A model generated the notes under the pieces. It was given only the letters and a program-made list of their open reading frames with translations. It did not search any database and had not been told where the DNA came from. Source: Paecilomyces variotii (Eukaryota). From it: DNA of 64,000 nucleotides. Positions 23,401-37,501 of this stretch are shown one piece after another. Each line of letters starts with the position of its first letter. The stretch's first letter is position 1. The stretch lies in the NCBI GenBank assembly GCA_004022145.1, contig RCNU01000003.1, one strand, 5' to 3'. The position numbers and the translations under genes are program-made.

Positions 23401-26400
23401 TGGGGACGCGCACAGTCCAGGACCCTGAATACCGTTATCAGCGGTTATTTCGGACTCTCTGGTCTCCTGCTGGTCTTAGCTTCGAAAGCGCTGCACCCTG
23501 TACACCTTAAACGAGCGGTTGTCTCACTTGTAACCCTGCTCGCTCTCCAGCATCGTGGAATAGGCTCCATAGGGTTACTGACAAGGTATGTGAACCTCTA
23601 TTTCCTCTTTCACTTTTAACCATCAAGGCCCTCGTCCAAACGGTAATAGTTACTTTTTCTTGTCGATCAGTTCATCGGATCGTCGACCCTTGTCACGATT
23701 GTGTGACCCTGATTATTTAGTACGCGCCCCCCTGCTGGGACGTGGAAACAGCGGGCTCATTTACCTCTTCACATCTTCTAATCATCCGATAGATGACGCT
23801 AACTTGGATAGATTTAGGCCCGCACAACCGAATACGTCCGAGTACATATCACTACTTTAGCAAGATTGGGTAGAGTCGTTTAGGCTGCTTTGCTGCCATG
23901 TAAGGTACCATGCGTCTGCACTGCGCATCCGCATTCCCCTAAGAACGTGGTCTCATTATCGACTTAGGCGTATAAGCTAACATGATTTATTTCCAGCTGA
24001 CATCACTATCAGATTCTATGAGGCTCAACAACCGCTGAAAAGGAAAACCCGAACAGAGTTAACCTTGTAGCAATAGCATAGGATCTGTATGCTTCTTTCG
24101 GGCGGCTCATGGCTTATTGATCCGATCCCTGTCAGCACAATCCGTCCAGGCCTATCTACCTACAGACAGATACAGAGCAGATGTGATAGGCTGCCAATGA
24201 CTTCCCCCTGTGAACTGGAGCGTAATACCACCCTATACTGAGTACGCAGCACCTGAAACTAGTTACACATACGGGCTTCCCGCGACTAATTTCGTAAAGG
24301 CAGTTAGACGCGGCGCTGTCGAGAACGAATGTGTTGCCTGATTATTTTTCTCTTGGCTCCTATCGGCAATCTTAGCCCTGATCATACACCCCGGTCTGCT
24401 ATTGCTCATCTCTATGGTGGATGGTGCAAGGAGCACTTTGGCGCCAGACCCTGCCCGCATATAATTCCTTAGAGAGAGTGGCAGTGTCGCAGATTAGATT
24501 TTAACGTCTGAGGTACTGGTCTGCTCTACTCTCAGTCACGGGATTATATCTCCCAAGTATAGTGTAGGGCTGACGGCTCACCTCATCGTATGGAGTTCGC
24601 AATCTGACATGATGAGTAAGTGCCGGCAGGTTTATATCTTCATTTGAGGGATGACACCATTTGCTAAGTTCACATGCAGGTACCAGCCCACGCGGCCACC
24701 ATGGCTCATCAAGATCAATAGTTCAGCGGAACTGCAACTACTGCATAGCTGCTGCTTAGACTGGTCCTGCAGCATATGGATAGGTACTACTACATCGTCG
24801 ACTTTATCCGCAGTATCGACACATCAGCGGACAAACTCATCCAACGGCCCGTCAATCCGATCCCTCGAGCTTCAATTCACCGCGGATTCCGGAGAAGTTG
24901 GTCGGACAGGATCGAGCATGCTAAGCCGCATCATCGTTCCACAGTCACTACGATAGTAAAATACTACTGTCCTAGTGAGATACTATAAAAGATTGGTAGG
25001 TGCCCACCTGGGCACCCATACTGGCTTGTCAGAAACGGCCTAGTGTTATGAATTATATAAGCATGTAGCCGAACTTATGTAAGATGGACATGTGTCGGAA
25101 CTCGTACTTTCTTTCGCAGCGAACGTCCTCATATCCTTAAGCTTCCTAGGGAGAACGAATGCCAAAGATCTCAGACGGATAAATAGCCATTAGATAGTCA
25201 CTAATCTGGCACCAAACACGCAGACTGTGTAAGTTTGATCACTGGATGATCCGATTGGCCGCTAAGACACAGACAGATATCAAGCCAGAAAAGCCTCCGT
25301 CGAGGTTGTTTCGTGTCACATGCTGCCCTTCTCAATATTTGCTTCGAAACTAGAGATATGCGATATCATTTATATGTCCTCATGATATACTCCATCATTG
25401 GTTTCTGGATCTTATAATCTACGGGGTTGCTACTGCCAGCGACATGCGAACCGCCCCTAGGCCCTGCTAGGAGATGCACACTCCGTACCTAGGTACCCAA
25501 AGAGAAAGAGTATATGTGGCGAGCTTTCTCTTTCTACGGATCAATTTTTCTCCATGCACTATGGCGGACCGAAGCCTTTCCGTCTCAACATCATGGGAGA
25601 GTTCAACAGTGGATCCCTTGCGCATCCTGTACTCCATACCAGCCTCCAAAATAACTAAAGAGAGCCGAGCGGGTTAAGGTGCCATCACTTGCTGCTGTCA
25701 TGACATCAATATCATCTTATTGACTGTCAATCGTTCCTCCTGTCGGCCTACGATAGGGTCAATATACAGGGACGACGGCATTAGAGTCAATGAGAAACCC
25801 TGTTTTTCATCCGCGTACACCATCGAAGGTCTCAGTTGCATGTGGATCAGATGTTTGTGAAGGCTTCACTAAATTAGATGCATCCTTGAACTTGCCCATC
25901 TTCGCCAGGACGAGTAGTACCGAAGCCGTCTTCGGGTCGCCATCTTCCAAGTTCTCCTGAGGGGCAAGCTTTCCTGTCGGAGATAGCAGCTCTGTTTTGG
26001 CAATTCAAGAATCCCCACAAGATACTGTATTGATAGGCGGGAAGTTTACATCGGCTTTTCCTCTCCAGATGCGGTATTCACTCGGCCAGTCGATAATCGC
26101 ACGGCCAGTCCAGCCCTCGACGGGGACCGGCACTTGCTAGGCTTTATTTTAAGCCAATATCATTGGTAATCTCCTTCTTTGCCTTCTACTATTGCACTGA
26201 CACCTCTTTTGCACGCAAATCGGACAGTTTCCGCTCCCGCATAGGTACCGCCGCTGCCGGCCGTATTATTATTCTCTCGTGTCCTCTTTCAGCTTCTGGC
26301 CTCACGCTTACCCGTATGGAATAGGTCTACAAAGGGCCGTGGCTCAAAGTGCGGAATGCTACGATGGACGGAATGGGATGCAGCTTCTGGTCGACAACTT

Positions 26401-28677
26401 GCCCCGCGCGCTGGCTGCGGGGCCCTGATGAATAGCCATTCATCTCAGGAGTCTCCCTCGCAATGAAGCCTATTGCTGCAGCTCTGTAAACGGCAAACTA
26501 TCGGGGGTATGCTTCGACGTCTTTGGCTAACAATTTCCCGGCATGATGCACAAATATGCGTTCCACAACCGACGGTTGTCTTCCATCGAACGGGTCCGGC
26601 CGTCCTCCTCTTTATTCCCCACATATGACAGGAGAACTGCATCTCTTGGCAGACAGGACTCCGCCTATCTAACAGTCATCAGGTCTTACTGAGAAGCGGT
26701 GAGAAATCGGCCGGAAAACCGTTCTAACGTGAAAGAGAACGGTATGGGAATCTAGCTTGCATAATAATAGGTTCGTTCCTGATGACCGTATTGTCAAGCC
26801 TGGGGTTGGTAGGCAGATGCAGTAATACGAGTCACCGCCTTCAGTCATACTAATACAAACTAACAAGCTTCTCGTGGTGGTCATAACGTCCCAGGAGGAT
26901 TACTCTTTGACAAGCATAGGTCATCTTCCCCTCTCTCTACTTTTTTTTAGCGTTGCGCTAAGGGAGGGGTGGAATTCCAACAGAACCAGATCCACCTCTA
27001 CTGGACATCAGGGGAAAGCAGCTAGCTAATAATAGCGAACCCGGAAGGCCAAGGGAGCTCGAAGGATGCCACACCAGATGATTGGGACGCTGTTGTGGAC
27101 ATGTTAACGTGGTAACGGGGAGAAGCGCTTGAAAGATCCGGGGCAAGGGTTCATTGTCATGAACATTTCCTGATTTGGGACACTATCTGTAATCGACCTC
27201 GCTCGAAAATAGGTACCCAGTAATAACTATGCCAGGGCCGTCTCCTGACCAGGCTAGCCAGTGGCCATCGCCTTTCCCCGATGACAAGCAACAAGCATCG
27301 GAAGGGAACTCCTACCCCTGTTCACTACTAGCTGCATGCTAGACGCCTCACTGTGCCCTAAACCCGCGGCTGATGGCTCTGGTAAACGGTCAACGTTGTG
27401 GTCGATGCAGGTCCCCCTCTGCGATACTTTCCAACAGCAAGGTTGTGCAGATGCAAAGCACACGGAAATTTTACTGTTTAGGACGGTGTCCTGCATCTCT
27501 AACCGTCAGTCCCGATGATCCACGCAGGAGCAACTGCCGTCAACTACTTCTTAAACCCTGGTTAAATCGTGGAGATTGTCGATAACGAAATCGCTTGGTG
27601 AAAGTTAATCATTAGTCCTCGATCCTCCTCTCACCCATCCTCATGTCGCCCGGGCGATGTCCCAGGGGCGTTGATAGATAGCGTCTAGACTAATCCCCTC
27701 TCCACTTCCTGCTTTACCAGCTTTTTCTTTGCACAGCCCTAACTAGATCTGTTCACATTCTACTCCGTAGTCAGTGCAAATCAGCCACCTGATGATCGAT
27801 TGCCCAGGTGTACATACTCTAATCAACTATCTAGTCTAGCGGTAAAGCTACGCGCGAAAAATTAACCCATGATTGGCTGAGGATGTGCGATCCGCACCAG
27901 TCATACGACGAGGTGACATGATATGCCTTTTACAGTTACAGTATTACAAGCAACCAAGTAAAAAAAAGAAAAAGAAAAAGAAAGACAGACTTTGTAGGCG
28001 ACGCTGTCTGTTGCAATAACGGCCCCAACAACTGCTGCACGGCTCAAAAAAAAGAGATACCCCCTGCGTAAGCGTCCCTCGTGTCCGCGTGTCATTTGTG
28101 AGAAAAAGGCCGATCAGGTCGAAGGATTAGCAACCTCTTTATCGTCATAGTACTGCATGAGGCACAGCAGTTAATTTCCGTCGCATCCGTGACTCCCGTG
28201 AGTGAGGGGAGAAAGTACGTAGTAGAGTGGTAGAGTAGAGTACTAGCACGTTGGCGAGAGAAAACTACTCGAAATAATAGCCTAACCGAGTGTTGACCCT
28301 GTCTGATTGATTGATTGACTGGGACGGAGGTTCAGGGTGATAGGGCCTTTTTTTTTTTGCTCATTGCTCTATTTTTTCTTTTGTTTTATTGTTTGGTCTT
28401 GTCTCTATGTGATATTTGTATTTTTCTTTTTACGAGATTCAAGAGCAAGCTGCCAGGTTCAAGATACTTGTGGGACTGGCGAAAAGGCCGGCCTTCACGA
28501 TGAAATAGAAGGGGCGGAAAAGAAGAAGTGAATCGCATCAAGGTGATACAAAAGCGCTGGAACATAGTCACAAGCCCTGACCGACAACAACCAGGTATAG
28601 CAGATAATAAACAACGAGAACCGGTTAAATTGAAGAAAACCCCAACGTCATTAGTAGTTTGGACAACCATAGCTGAA

Positions 28678-30384
28678 TTACTCGATCACGAAACCCTCCG
28701 AAACGCTCTTGATATCCTTGGAGAATCCAACGCTTTCACCCTCCATGTCGAGCAACGAGACGCTGGAGACGTCCACATCGACGTATGGTGCTGACTTCGA
28801 GAACCGCACGTTCATAGGGAAGAACTCGTTCTCGTCGTCGACCTGGGCTTCGAACTCGAAGCTGCCAGTTGGGTTATCCTGGTCCACGGTGCCGATGTTC
28901 CACTCCAGGGTATCACCGGATACTTCGTAGACGGCATCGAAGCTGGAGACAGTCGGCTCCTGGCTAGAGTAAGGGATAGTCACGGTAACATCACGCAGGC
29001 TGTCAGACTGGTTGAGCTCATATTCGATCGTGACAGTCGTTGAGTCTGATCCCTTGTTCACCCACACAGTGAAGTTGACGGGAAGAAGGTCGGAGTTGTC
29101 AGATCCCGCAACACGCCATCGCAGGACACCGATAGAGTTGTTTGCGGGGAACCGTTTCGTAGTATCTTTCAGCTGGATAACGTTCGAGCTGGTAAACAGG
29201 CCCTTGTCCACATTAGGATGCGTACGGAACTGAGCACCATGTGTCGGGTTGGCGACCAGCTCGAGTTTGGCTTTCGTGAAGGTAGGGTCGGAGATGCGAA
29301 GCTGAAGGTCACCCTTAACCTCGAAGGACTTCACTGCACCCTCGCGGGTCAGTCTTGCGGATATACTCTCGGCCACAGTGACATGAACCGCCTCCCGGTC
29401 GGCCGACAGGGAAGCACGAGCGGAGGATTGACCCGCCACGGGGGTGGAAGCCTGAGGTGTGACAAGCGGAGTGGATTCCTCGACCTCAGGACCCAGGTCG
29501 CCGCGAACCTTCTCGTAGATATCCGTAGTCTTGGATTTCTTGCCGAGTTGCATTCCCTTTCCACGTGTCGGGAGTGGCCTAAACTAGGTCAGTAGAGTAT
29601 CAGAATTGGGCCACCAGCAAAAACGTACTTGGCGAATGTCTTCTTCTTCTCTGCCTCATAGGTATCGAATGTATCTGGAACTGCCGGGCGAGACGGCGGG
29701 GTATAGACGGGATATGTAGGAGTCCTGGAAGGGATACCACGGCCAGTACGAGCGGCCTCCTTGCGCTGCATCTCCAGCTGCTTCGCCTTCCTCTTCCGCT
29801 CTTCACTAGCCTCCAGTTCCTTGTTCTGTTGTCCGGGTCAGCCTGATCAATTAACCAGCATAATCCATTGTTCCCTACCCTTTCGATAATCTCCTGTATC
29901 CTCTCCTCGTGACTCTCCATCTCCAAGAATGTCTTGATCTGGCTCAGGGACAAGTTCTCCCTGTATCCCAGGGTGACCAACTCATCGAAGGCGCTGAGGA
30001 GCTCAAACGCGCTGCGCAAAATCTCCCGCTCATCGAGGCTCCTGCAGATACTAGTGGTGACCTGTGCAAAGAGATGGAGACTGTCGATGTCCTGTAGAAT
30101 GTTGGACTGGCGGTTGGTGATGAGCACGATGTAGAGTTCATCCAACGGCTGGTAAACGAATCGCACGTTGTCCTGCTCGACGGTCGTGTGTTGCGTACCG
30201 GCGTCGGCGAGCTTAGGGAAAGACGCAAGTAGAGCTTCAATTCTGGAACGAGGGATTTCGCGGAATTGACGTGAGAGCACTGCCTTGCCCCCTCGGGTGC
30301 ATATCGAAGCGGCGAGGACGACCTGTGTGCGGACGCAATCAGTTAAGGAGACCGTGTCATTGATGATGGGGGACAACAAACCAT
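28678..30384 (-). CDS. ret2: Coatomer (COPI) subunit delta
   Basis: An ATG-only first coding exon (30384-30382) is followed by 'VVLAASICTRGGKAVLSRQFREIPRSRIEALLASFPKL', 'SNILQDIDSLHLF', 'LEMESHEERIQEII' and a mu-homology C-terminal domain 'QFRTHPNVDK'. Three GT-AG introns keep the frame. Confidence 0.95.
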
Positions 30385-30860
30385 TGTTGATGTAGGGCTC
30401 AAACACAAGAGGGCCTCAAGTAATTGCTAGCATCTAAAAGAGCTACTACGCGGCGACAAGTGCGTTGGTGCGGTCTCCCGTGTCGAAGCCAGATAGACCG
30501 TCCCCGATACTGCGCATGTTGTTCTCTTTGTCTGGAGGTTGCCCGTCTTGGCCCGTGCACCAAGCTAGCCCCTCGCTTACGGAGACACAGGCGGGCGGCT
30601 GCCTTGCTGAACTTGCCTCCTGCAAAGACTGCGCATCAGACCACGGCTTCATATGTTCGATGGATAGGCCAGCTTCAAGCTTGACTCGTTTGTTGGCTAT
30701 TCCCTGAGTTCATTGTAGCTCTTACATCAAAGGAACTCTCTACGCGTCTTTATCCAACGAGACTTCACTTTGTCTCTCAAGTTCTGGTCGATGACAACGT
30801 GCCTTTTTGCAGTCAACGTGACTCTTTTCTCTTGAGCAATATATCATATCGACACATGTC

Positions 30861-33405
30861 ATGACGACAGTAGCGCAAGGACAGTTTTCTACGATGGAAC
30901 CTCCGCCCGGCGACGATAGTATGGAGATGGCGTCGCCATATCAAGGGCACATGGATGACTTCGAGATCGATCTGGACGTGATGGAAGATCAGGTTTCAGA
31001 GGTCGATCAGGACCTTGACGTGGCAGACGCTACTCCAGAACCTACAAATGGCCCAGGTTCAGTTAACGATGCTGATATGGTGGACGAGATCGATGAACGG
31101 CCCATGATCGACGCGGATGAAAATAACCAGGGGACGGTTGGCCCGAACGAAAATGGCTACTACCACATCGAGGAGACATATGAAGCGCAGATGGAAGAGT
31201 ACGACGAAGATATCGACGCACCTGTTCCTGAACAACCTGATATTGTCATTACCGACACCCAGCCGGATCAGCAGGATCTCCAGGAGACGTCTGAGTTTCC
31301 GGAACAACAGGAGACCACTGAGCAGAATAAAGAGAACGAAGATGAAGCACATCGTGATACTACGGAGCATCTGACAGAACAAAAAATCGAGCATCACGAC
31401 CTGCAGGAACAGCCCAAGGAAGCCAAAGGTCACGGCACAGAAGAAGCTACTGAGGAGCTTGACAATGTCAAGGATCATGGCGAGCAGCAGCATCATCAAC
31501 CGGAAGATGACACTAACAACTCAACTCGTTTAGAGTCACATGAACCAAATGTCAACGGTGTGGATAAAGAACAACAAGCACAAGATAGTGAACCTGAAAT
31601 CGCACAGATCCATGAGACACCCCCATCTCCAAAACAAGATGGTGCTGCTCGAATGGAAGAGAAGAGTGCCCATGAGACGGTGGATGAGAGGACTGAAGAG
31701 TCCCTTCAGGTTTCTCACCTCCATCCTGTGAAGGTCCTGTATCAGGACAGTGAGATATCTTTGTTTCGTCCACGGGAAGGTGACTCCTCAGAGACCTTTT
31801 TCCTTGAGGACGAGAGCCTTGCCTATGGAGATCTTGGTAAACTTCTCTCTTCATGTCGAGAGGTCCTAGGTGAACATATCAGCGAGGGTGAAGTGTTAGT
31901 TGTAGATATCGACTCGCTCAATTTGCAGTTGAATGAGGTAAGCGCTTTTATTCCGCTGCTTTTAACCGGTTTATTAACAGTTAGTGCAGGACTCGTATCA
32001 CACGTCCAAGGTGACGCTGTCTCAGATAGTTGGGTTGTACTTAGATCTCTGCCGCAACGACGGCATGAATGAACCCGAACCTCTTTACCTTACCCTCAGC
32101 ACGAAACTCACACTCCCCGCCGAAATTTCTAACCTTCTTGCAGCTGCAGGTGAGGGGAAGGGTTTATCCCATATTTATCAATGGGAAGAATATGAGGATG
32201 AGCAACAGATTGAGGACAAGGACAGCCCCGTGGATGGAGAAGAGGAAGAAGAACAAGAAGAAGAGCAGGGCAGGCCGGAGTCTTCTGAACAGGTTGCCCC
32301 AGCTGAGGCACCTGAGCCCCGGCAGACGGAGGAAGAGCACGTAGATCGACAAGTGGCCCCAGAAGAGATCGATGCGCAGGAAGCCACCGCATCGAACGAC
32401 CGTGAAGATACTAATGCCGATAAGAGTGAATCGAAGCCGGCGGACGCTACTGACGAGTTTTCTTACGAGAGAAATGATGAGGTCGCTCCTGCTGTCACCG
32501 ACGGCCACCATGAACAGCAGCAAGATGAAGAGGGCGAGCTCGATGGCGAACCCAACGCAGAAGTGGAGCCTGGTGAGGCAGGTCCAGGAGATGACCAGTA
32601 TGATTATGAAGAGGAAGCATCTGAATCGACAGCCACGCTTGCACAGGTCTCTGCAGATGAGCTCAAAGCGGACAAGGCGGCCGAAGAATCAGCAGCCCAG
32701 GGTGATGGAGACGCTGCTGACGCCGGTGAAGAGGCAACGGATAGTGTAGACCACAACGTTGCCGGTGAGGAAGTCCAAGATGAAGACGAGGACTTCGACG
32801 AAGGTGTCTACGAACATGACGAACCTCAACCGGGTCAGTATGCATCTCTTGACGTTTCTCAAGACGGTCAAGAAGAACAGCCTACGGCCGATCCGAATGA
32901 GTTGAGTGAACCTGAGAAGGCAGACGCCATTCCGGAGCCGCCTCTGGAAGTCACTGAGGGCGATTACGGCGAGTCTCATGAGCAGGCTGAAGTCCACCCC
33001 GAATCATCCGATGATACCCAACATCAAGGTGAAGAGCCTGGGACCAATGAAGATCTTCTCGGTATAGACGAAGACATCTTCAAAAGCCCAGCGAAGAAAG
33101 CGAATGTGGCCCACGCCCCTGTCAGCCATGAGGAATTTGAGCACGACACTCATGCTAGTGTCTCTGGTACCGGTCAAGAAACGTTGGTTCATGACACGGG
33201 AGATGAGTATGAGGAGTTGCCTTTTGACGAGGAGGATGATTATATCGACCTAGGCACGGCCTCCGCCCTTGACGGCGAGACCGAGAATGGGAAGCCGGAT
33301 TCGCGTGAAAGTGGGCATTCTGGGAAACGGTCCCGTAGTCCTGAAGACGAGGTCGATGTCGCCCAGTCACCGAGTCCTGATGCTAAGCGTCGCCGTTCTT
33401 CGTGA
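30861..33405 (+). CDS. Highly acidic, largely disordered nuclear protein with a central DUF2420/UPF0646 (Rmr1-like) domain
   Basis: Two exons with an intron at about 31938-31989. E/D-rich arms flank the ordered segment 'HPVKVLYQDSEISLF..ETFFLEDESLAY..LYLDLCRNDGMNEPEPLYLTLSTK'. The C-terminus 'KRSRSPEDEVDVAQSPSPDAKRRRSS' resembles a bipartite NLS. The domain name is from recall, not from a search. Confidence 0.75.
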
Positions 33406-35777
33406 CATAGGTCCCTTTCCCTTTCCCTTGTATCCGCCTTTTATTGTACAGATAATTCGACATGGCATACTGATGACAGTGTCCATGCGGATTTCGACTT
33501 ACCCGTCTGACCGTCCTGGCCGGATCGCATCGTCTCGGTGCAGGAAGCTTTACTAACGTTTAATATCGCGCTATTTCACTGAGACTACAGGTAATGACGA
33601 TGGAGTATCGAGCGGATGTGGAAGAGCAATTTCAGCAGGTACGTGTCCTTACCCTCTCACCTTGGCCTTACGGCCGTCTTCTGTCTGCTCTTTTGCTAGT
33701 TACCATTGCTTCTTCAAAACTGTTACCCTTGTCTTGTATTGCTGTATCATCCGTTGCTGGCGTCTACCCTGTTTCTGGGTTGACCCACGATTGTTTTCTC
33801 CTCTCCCGGGTTGGCATCTACATTGGGGGTGTCGGCGCTTGCCGTGTCCTGGAAGTATGCCGGCCACCGCGGTTGACTCTGTGAGAGTGATGTGTGGGCT
33901 CCGGCGTTTATGTGGGCGCTCTGTATCCTGGGATGATACCAGAAAAGCACTTGTTCCCTTTCTAGCTTAGTTATGTCTGAATTACTTGTCCAACAAAGGG
34001 CGCTATGTTGATGTATGATTGTATTCTCCTCTACGCTAGAGCTTGGGTTCCGTGGTAGTTCCGGTCCCGCTCTCGTCTGGGCAACGAAACTTGGAGGCAG
34101 GTACCGTGGTAACATCTGTAAGACGATAATGTGCGAGCGAGTCAGTATTAATTAGCTAGTTGCTAATCTCCAGCAAATGCCATGGACAGCCATGGACACG
34201 CCCTTGCTTACGGCGGGTGTTCAGTGGAACGTCAACACCGGCCTGTTTTTCGAGTATAGACCGCAGTATGAGCAAGGAAGCAGAAACTCGACTACTAAGA
34301 CCAAAGGGGTAGTCATGAAGGAAACAAAAAGCGATAGTGATAATGTACTCTACTAATCAGAGCTCTGGATGTCTCCGACGCATCCGTGCTGGGGACAACG
34401 GCCCACGTGACTGTGGCTCATCTCTAAAATTAACCAACCCCGACAGCTGAAGGAGCACGGAGCCGGCGCAAGTAATAATGTGTAGTGTACTAATAATAAT
34501 ACAATAATAATAATAAAAAAGCCGATTGTTGGGGGAGGCTTGCAAAGATCGAGTAGTGTATCGTGCACGGGAGAGACGGGTTATTAGGAGATGATGGATG
34601 GATCGCACTCAGCTATCAGAGTGTATGCACTCGAAGAGCATGTATATAGTCTAGATATGTACAGTAGAATATCATCATCACCATCCGTACCAGATCAGCT
34701 CTCATCGTGCATTACCAGCCTCACCAGGGCAGTTGACGCCGTGGACTGGACCGGCAAAGCCAGCGGGTTTGAGCTATGAAGCAAAACGACGATCAGACCA
34801 CGGAAACGATCCCCTGGAGGCTGGAGGCTTGTCTCCAGGCCAAGTCAAGGGGCAGCGGGTGGATGCGCGGAATGCCAGGTCTTTTGGGACTGAACCAGCT
34901 AACTAGTCAGGTTAGTTAAGAGTCTTAATACGCCCTGACGAGAAGTGCAACCCCGAGTGCCCCGTGCAGCTCAGATCTTCTCCGGTCTTGCTGGTCTGGC
35001 GTGTCTCTGCATTTGCATCAACTTTCGCTCCCGTCGACTCTGCCCTGCTCTGTTCTCTCTCAATAATCTACTCTACTCACCTCGCACCCCCCTTCGTCTC
35101 TTTCTCTACTCTACTCGACTCGGCTTCTTTCTTCTCTTCCCTTCTCCCGGACCTGGTCGCTGGGCCTTCTCCTCCTGTTGAGCGCCACCGCAGTGTTCCC
35201 TTCCGTCACTCGTTTGAAACACGCGTCCACCCGGCTCCAGCTCGATTCAGGACCCCACCGCACCGCACCAGCCGCTTGTACCTGGAGGCCAAGTCCGAGG
35301 CAATCTGAGCTCCTTCTTTTGCGACTAGGAGCGCAAAATACCACTGGAGAAAAGAAATCACAAACACTAAAATCAAATTATAATAAAAAACACACACACT
35401 CACACCACGGTCACGAGGGTATCCGCTGTGCGATAATAATACTGTCGACGGGCAACTCGACTTTGCAGACACTCGTGCTGGATCACTGGTCTGCCGCCAA
35501 TTGTGCTACCCCTCGTCTCGCACCGCTTCCTCCTCGTTCAAGGGCGCCAGATATCCTTGCCTCTCAACCCATCTCCAGCTGAACACAGCGTCCATCTGTC
35601 CTATTCCGTGCGCTTCAGGACGATTTCCTCGGTGCAGCGTCCTCGAGTCAGACGAACAGGGAGCCGGAAGCTATTCAACGGGTCTGTTCGGTCCTGCGTT
35701 ATTCGATATCTCCGGAATTATTAGCATTGGAGGTTGTGCGACGGTAGGAGCAGTAGGCTCCTCAGAGTTATATCAAG

Positions 35778-37501
35778 ATGGTTTCAGACAAGTATGTCAT
35801 TGCTATCCCGGGACGCCTCTGTGAGAGAAAGCGTTTCGTGCATGATGGTCAATCTCATTGCAACGTGTACTGATGGACATCTTCCCGCTTGGTAGATATA
35901 TCGGACTGATACTGGCAATCCTGTCCACCATGGCTATCGGTATGTACTTCGAGTAAAAGCTTGACTAAAGTTCGTCTACCATGTAATTGATGGCTAACGG
36001 ATTCTATTGCAGGAACGAGTTTCGTTATCACCAAAAAGGTTGGTTTAGGCTACAATATACTGCCTTTCGAGGCCGAGATAAAGTGCAATCGAGGACGGCT
36101 GGCGGGATATATCATCAGAGGCTAATGGCATTTGGCGCAGGGCTTGTTGCATGCCTCCGAAACCCATGGTTTCGAGGGAGAGGGCTTCTCGTACCTGAAA
36201 AGCCCAATCTGGTGGGGTGGTATTGGCACACGTACGTCCGCCAACTTATCTGTCGTCCCCCAACCATTGTGCTTGAGATACTGACGATGGATGATGGATC
36301 TTAGTCGCTCTGGGAGAAATCTCCAACTTTGCGGCCTATGCCTTTGCTCCTGCGATTCTGGTGACACCGTTGGGTGCGCTTAGTGTCTTGATTGGGTGTG
36401 TAATGCAGTCTCATCGCTGAATGTTGAATGTCCGTGCTGATGCGATACCAGCGCCGTTCTCGGTTCCTATTTCCTGAACGAAAGACTCGGTGTACTGGGG
36501 AAACTTGGTTGTGCAATGTGTCTCCTCGGTTCCGTCGTCATCGTATTGCATGCGCCTCCAGACAAGCCAGTAGAAACTATTGATGAAATTCTTCACTACG
36601 CCCTGCAGCCAGGTTTGTTCTCGATACGCGGCAGAATCCTCTATCCATCATCGAGCTAACAAGTGGATAGGCTTCCTGTTGTACTGTCTGGCTGTTGCGG
36701 TCTTCTCGACCGTGATGATCTACCGTGTCGCCCCGGTTTACGGCAAGAAGAACCCATTGATTTACATCTCGATCTGCTCCACTGTCGGCTCCGTATCGGT
36801 CATGTCTGTGAAGGCCTTTGGAATTGCGCTCAAGTTAACACTTGGAGGACACAACCAGTTCACTCATGCCTCGACCTATGTCTTCGCCATCGTCACCGGA
36901 TTCTGCATCCTGACGCAGATGAACTACTTTAACAAGGCCTTGAATCAGTTTTCTACGTCCATGTAAGCTCCCCCAGTCAATGCGGAAGGCCCAGGCCCAG
37001 CTAATCACCATTTGTAGTGTCAACCCTCTCTACTACGTCACGTTCACTACAGCTACGCTTTGCGCTTCGTTTATCCTTTTCAAAGGCTTCAACACCACCG
37101 ACGCCGTCAATACCATCTCGCTTCTTTGCGGATTCTTGGTTATCTTCTCCGGCGTGTATCTCCTCAACCTTTCTCGAAACGACCCGGACGGTCGCCAGCT
37201 CCTCAACGGCAAGATTGACGAAGAAGACGGTGTTCCCACGGACGGAATTGCCAGCTTCCACACCCGGCGGTCTATGCAGTCGAGGAGGAGTCAAGACCCT
37301 CACCGGAGGAGCTCCTCGAGCATAGCTTTTCTGAATGGCCAGAGCGACCGCGAAGGTCTCATCCATTCCTACGATCTTGAGGATGGCGCCTTTGGCTTGA
37401 GTGAGCTGGCGGAGGAAAGCGACGGGGAACCGGGTCCTACCCGCAAGCATAGTGGGGAGGCCAACCGTGCCGAACTTGGTGCCAAGCACGATGACCGATG
37501 A
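35778..37501 (+). CDS. NIPA-family (DUF803) magnesium transporter
   Basis: Eight exons assembled in frame: '[30 protein letters not shown]', '[11 protein letters not shown]', '[31 protein letters not shown]', '[27 protein letters not shown]'. Confidence 0.93.

Noticed and set aside
31059-33370. Numerous antisense ORFs over the acidic protein, and similar ones over the kap104, Sac and NIPA genes
   Set aside because: These are shadow ORFs produced by codon bias and low complexity of the real sense-strand CDS.
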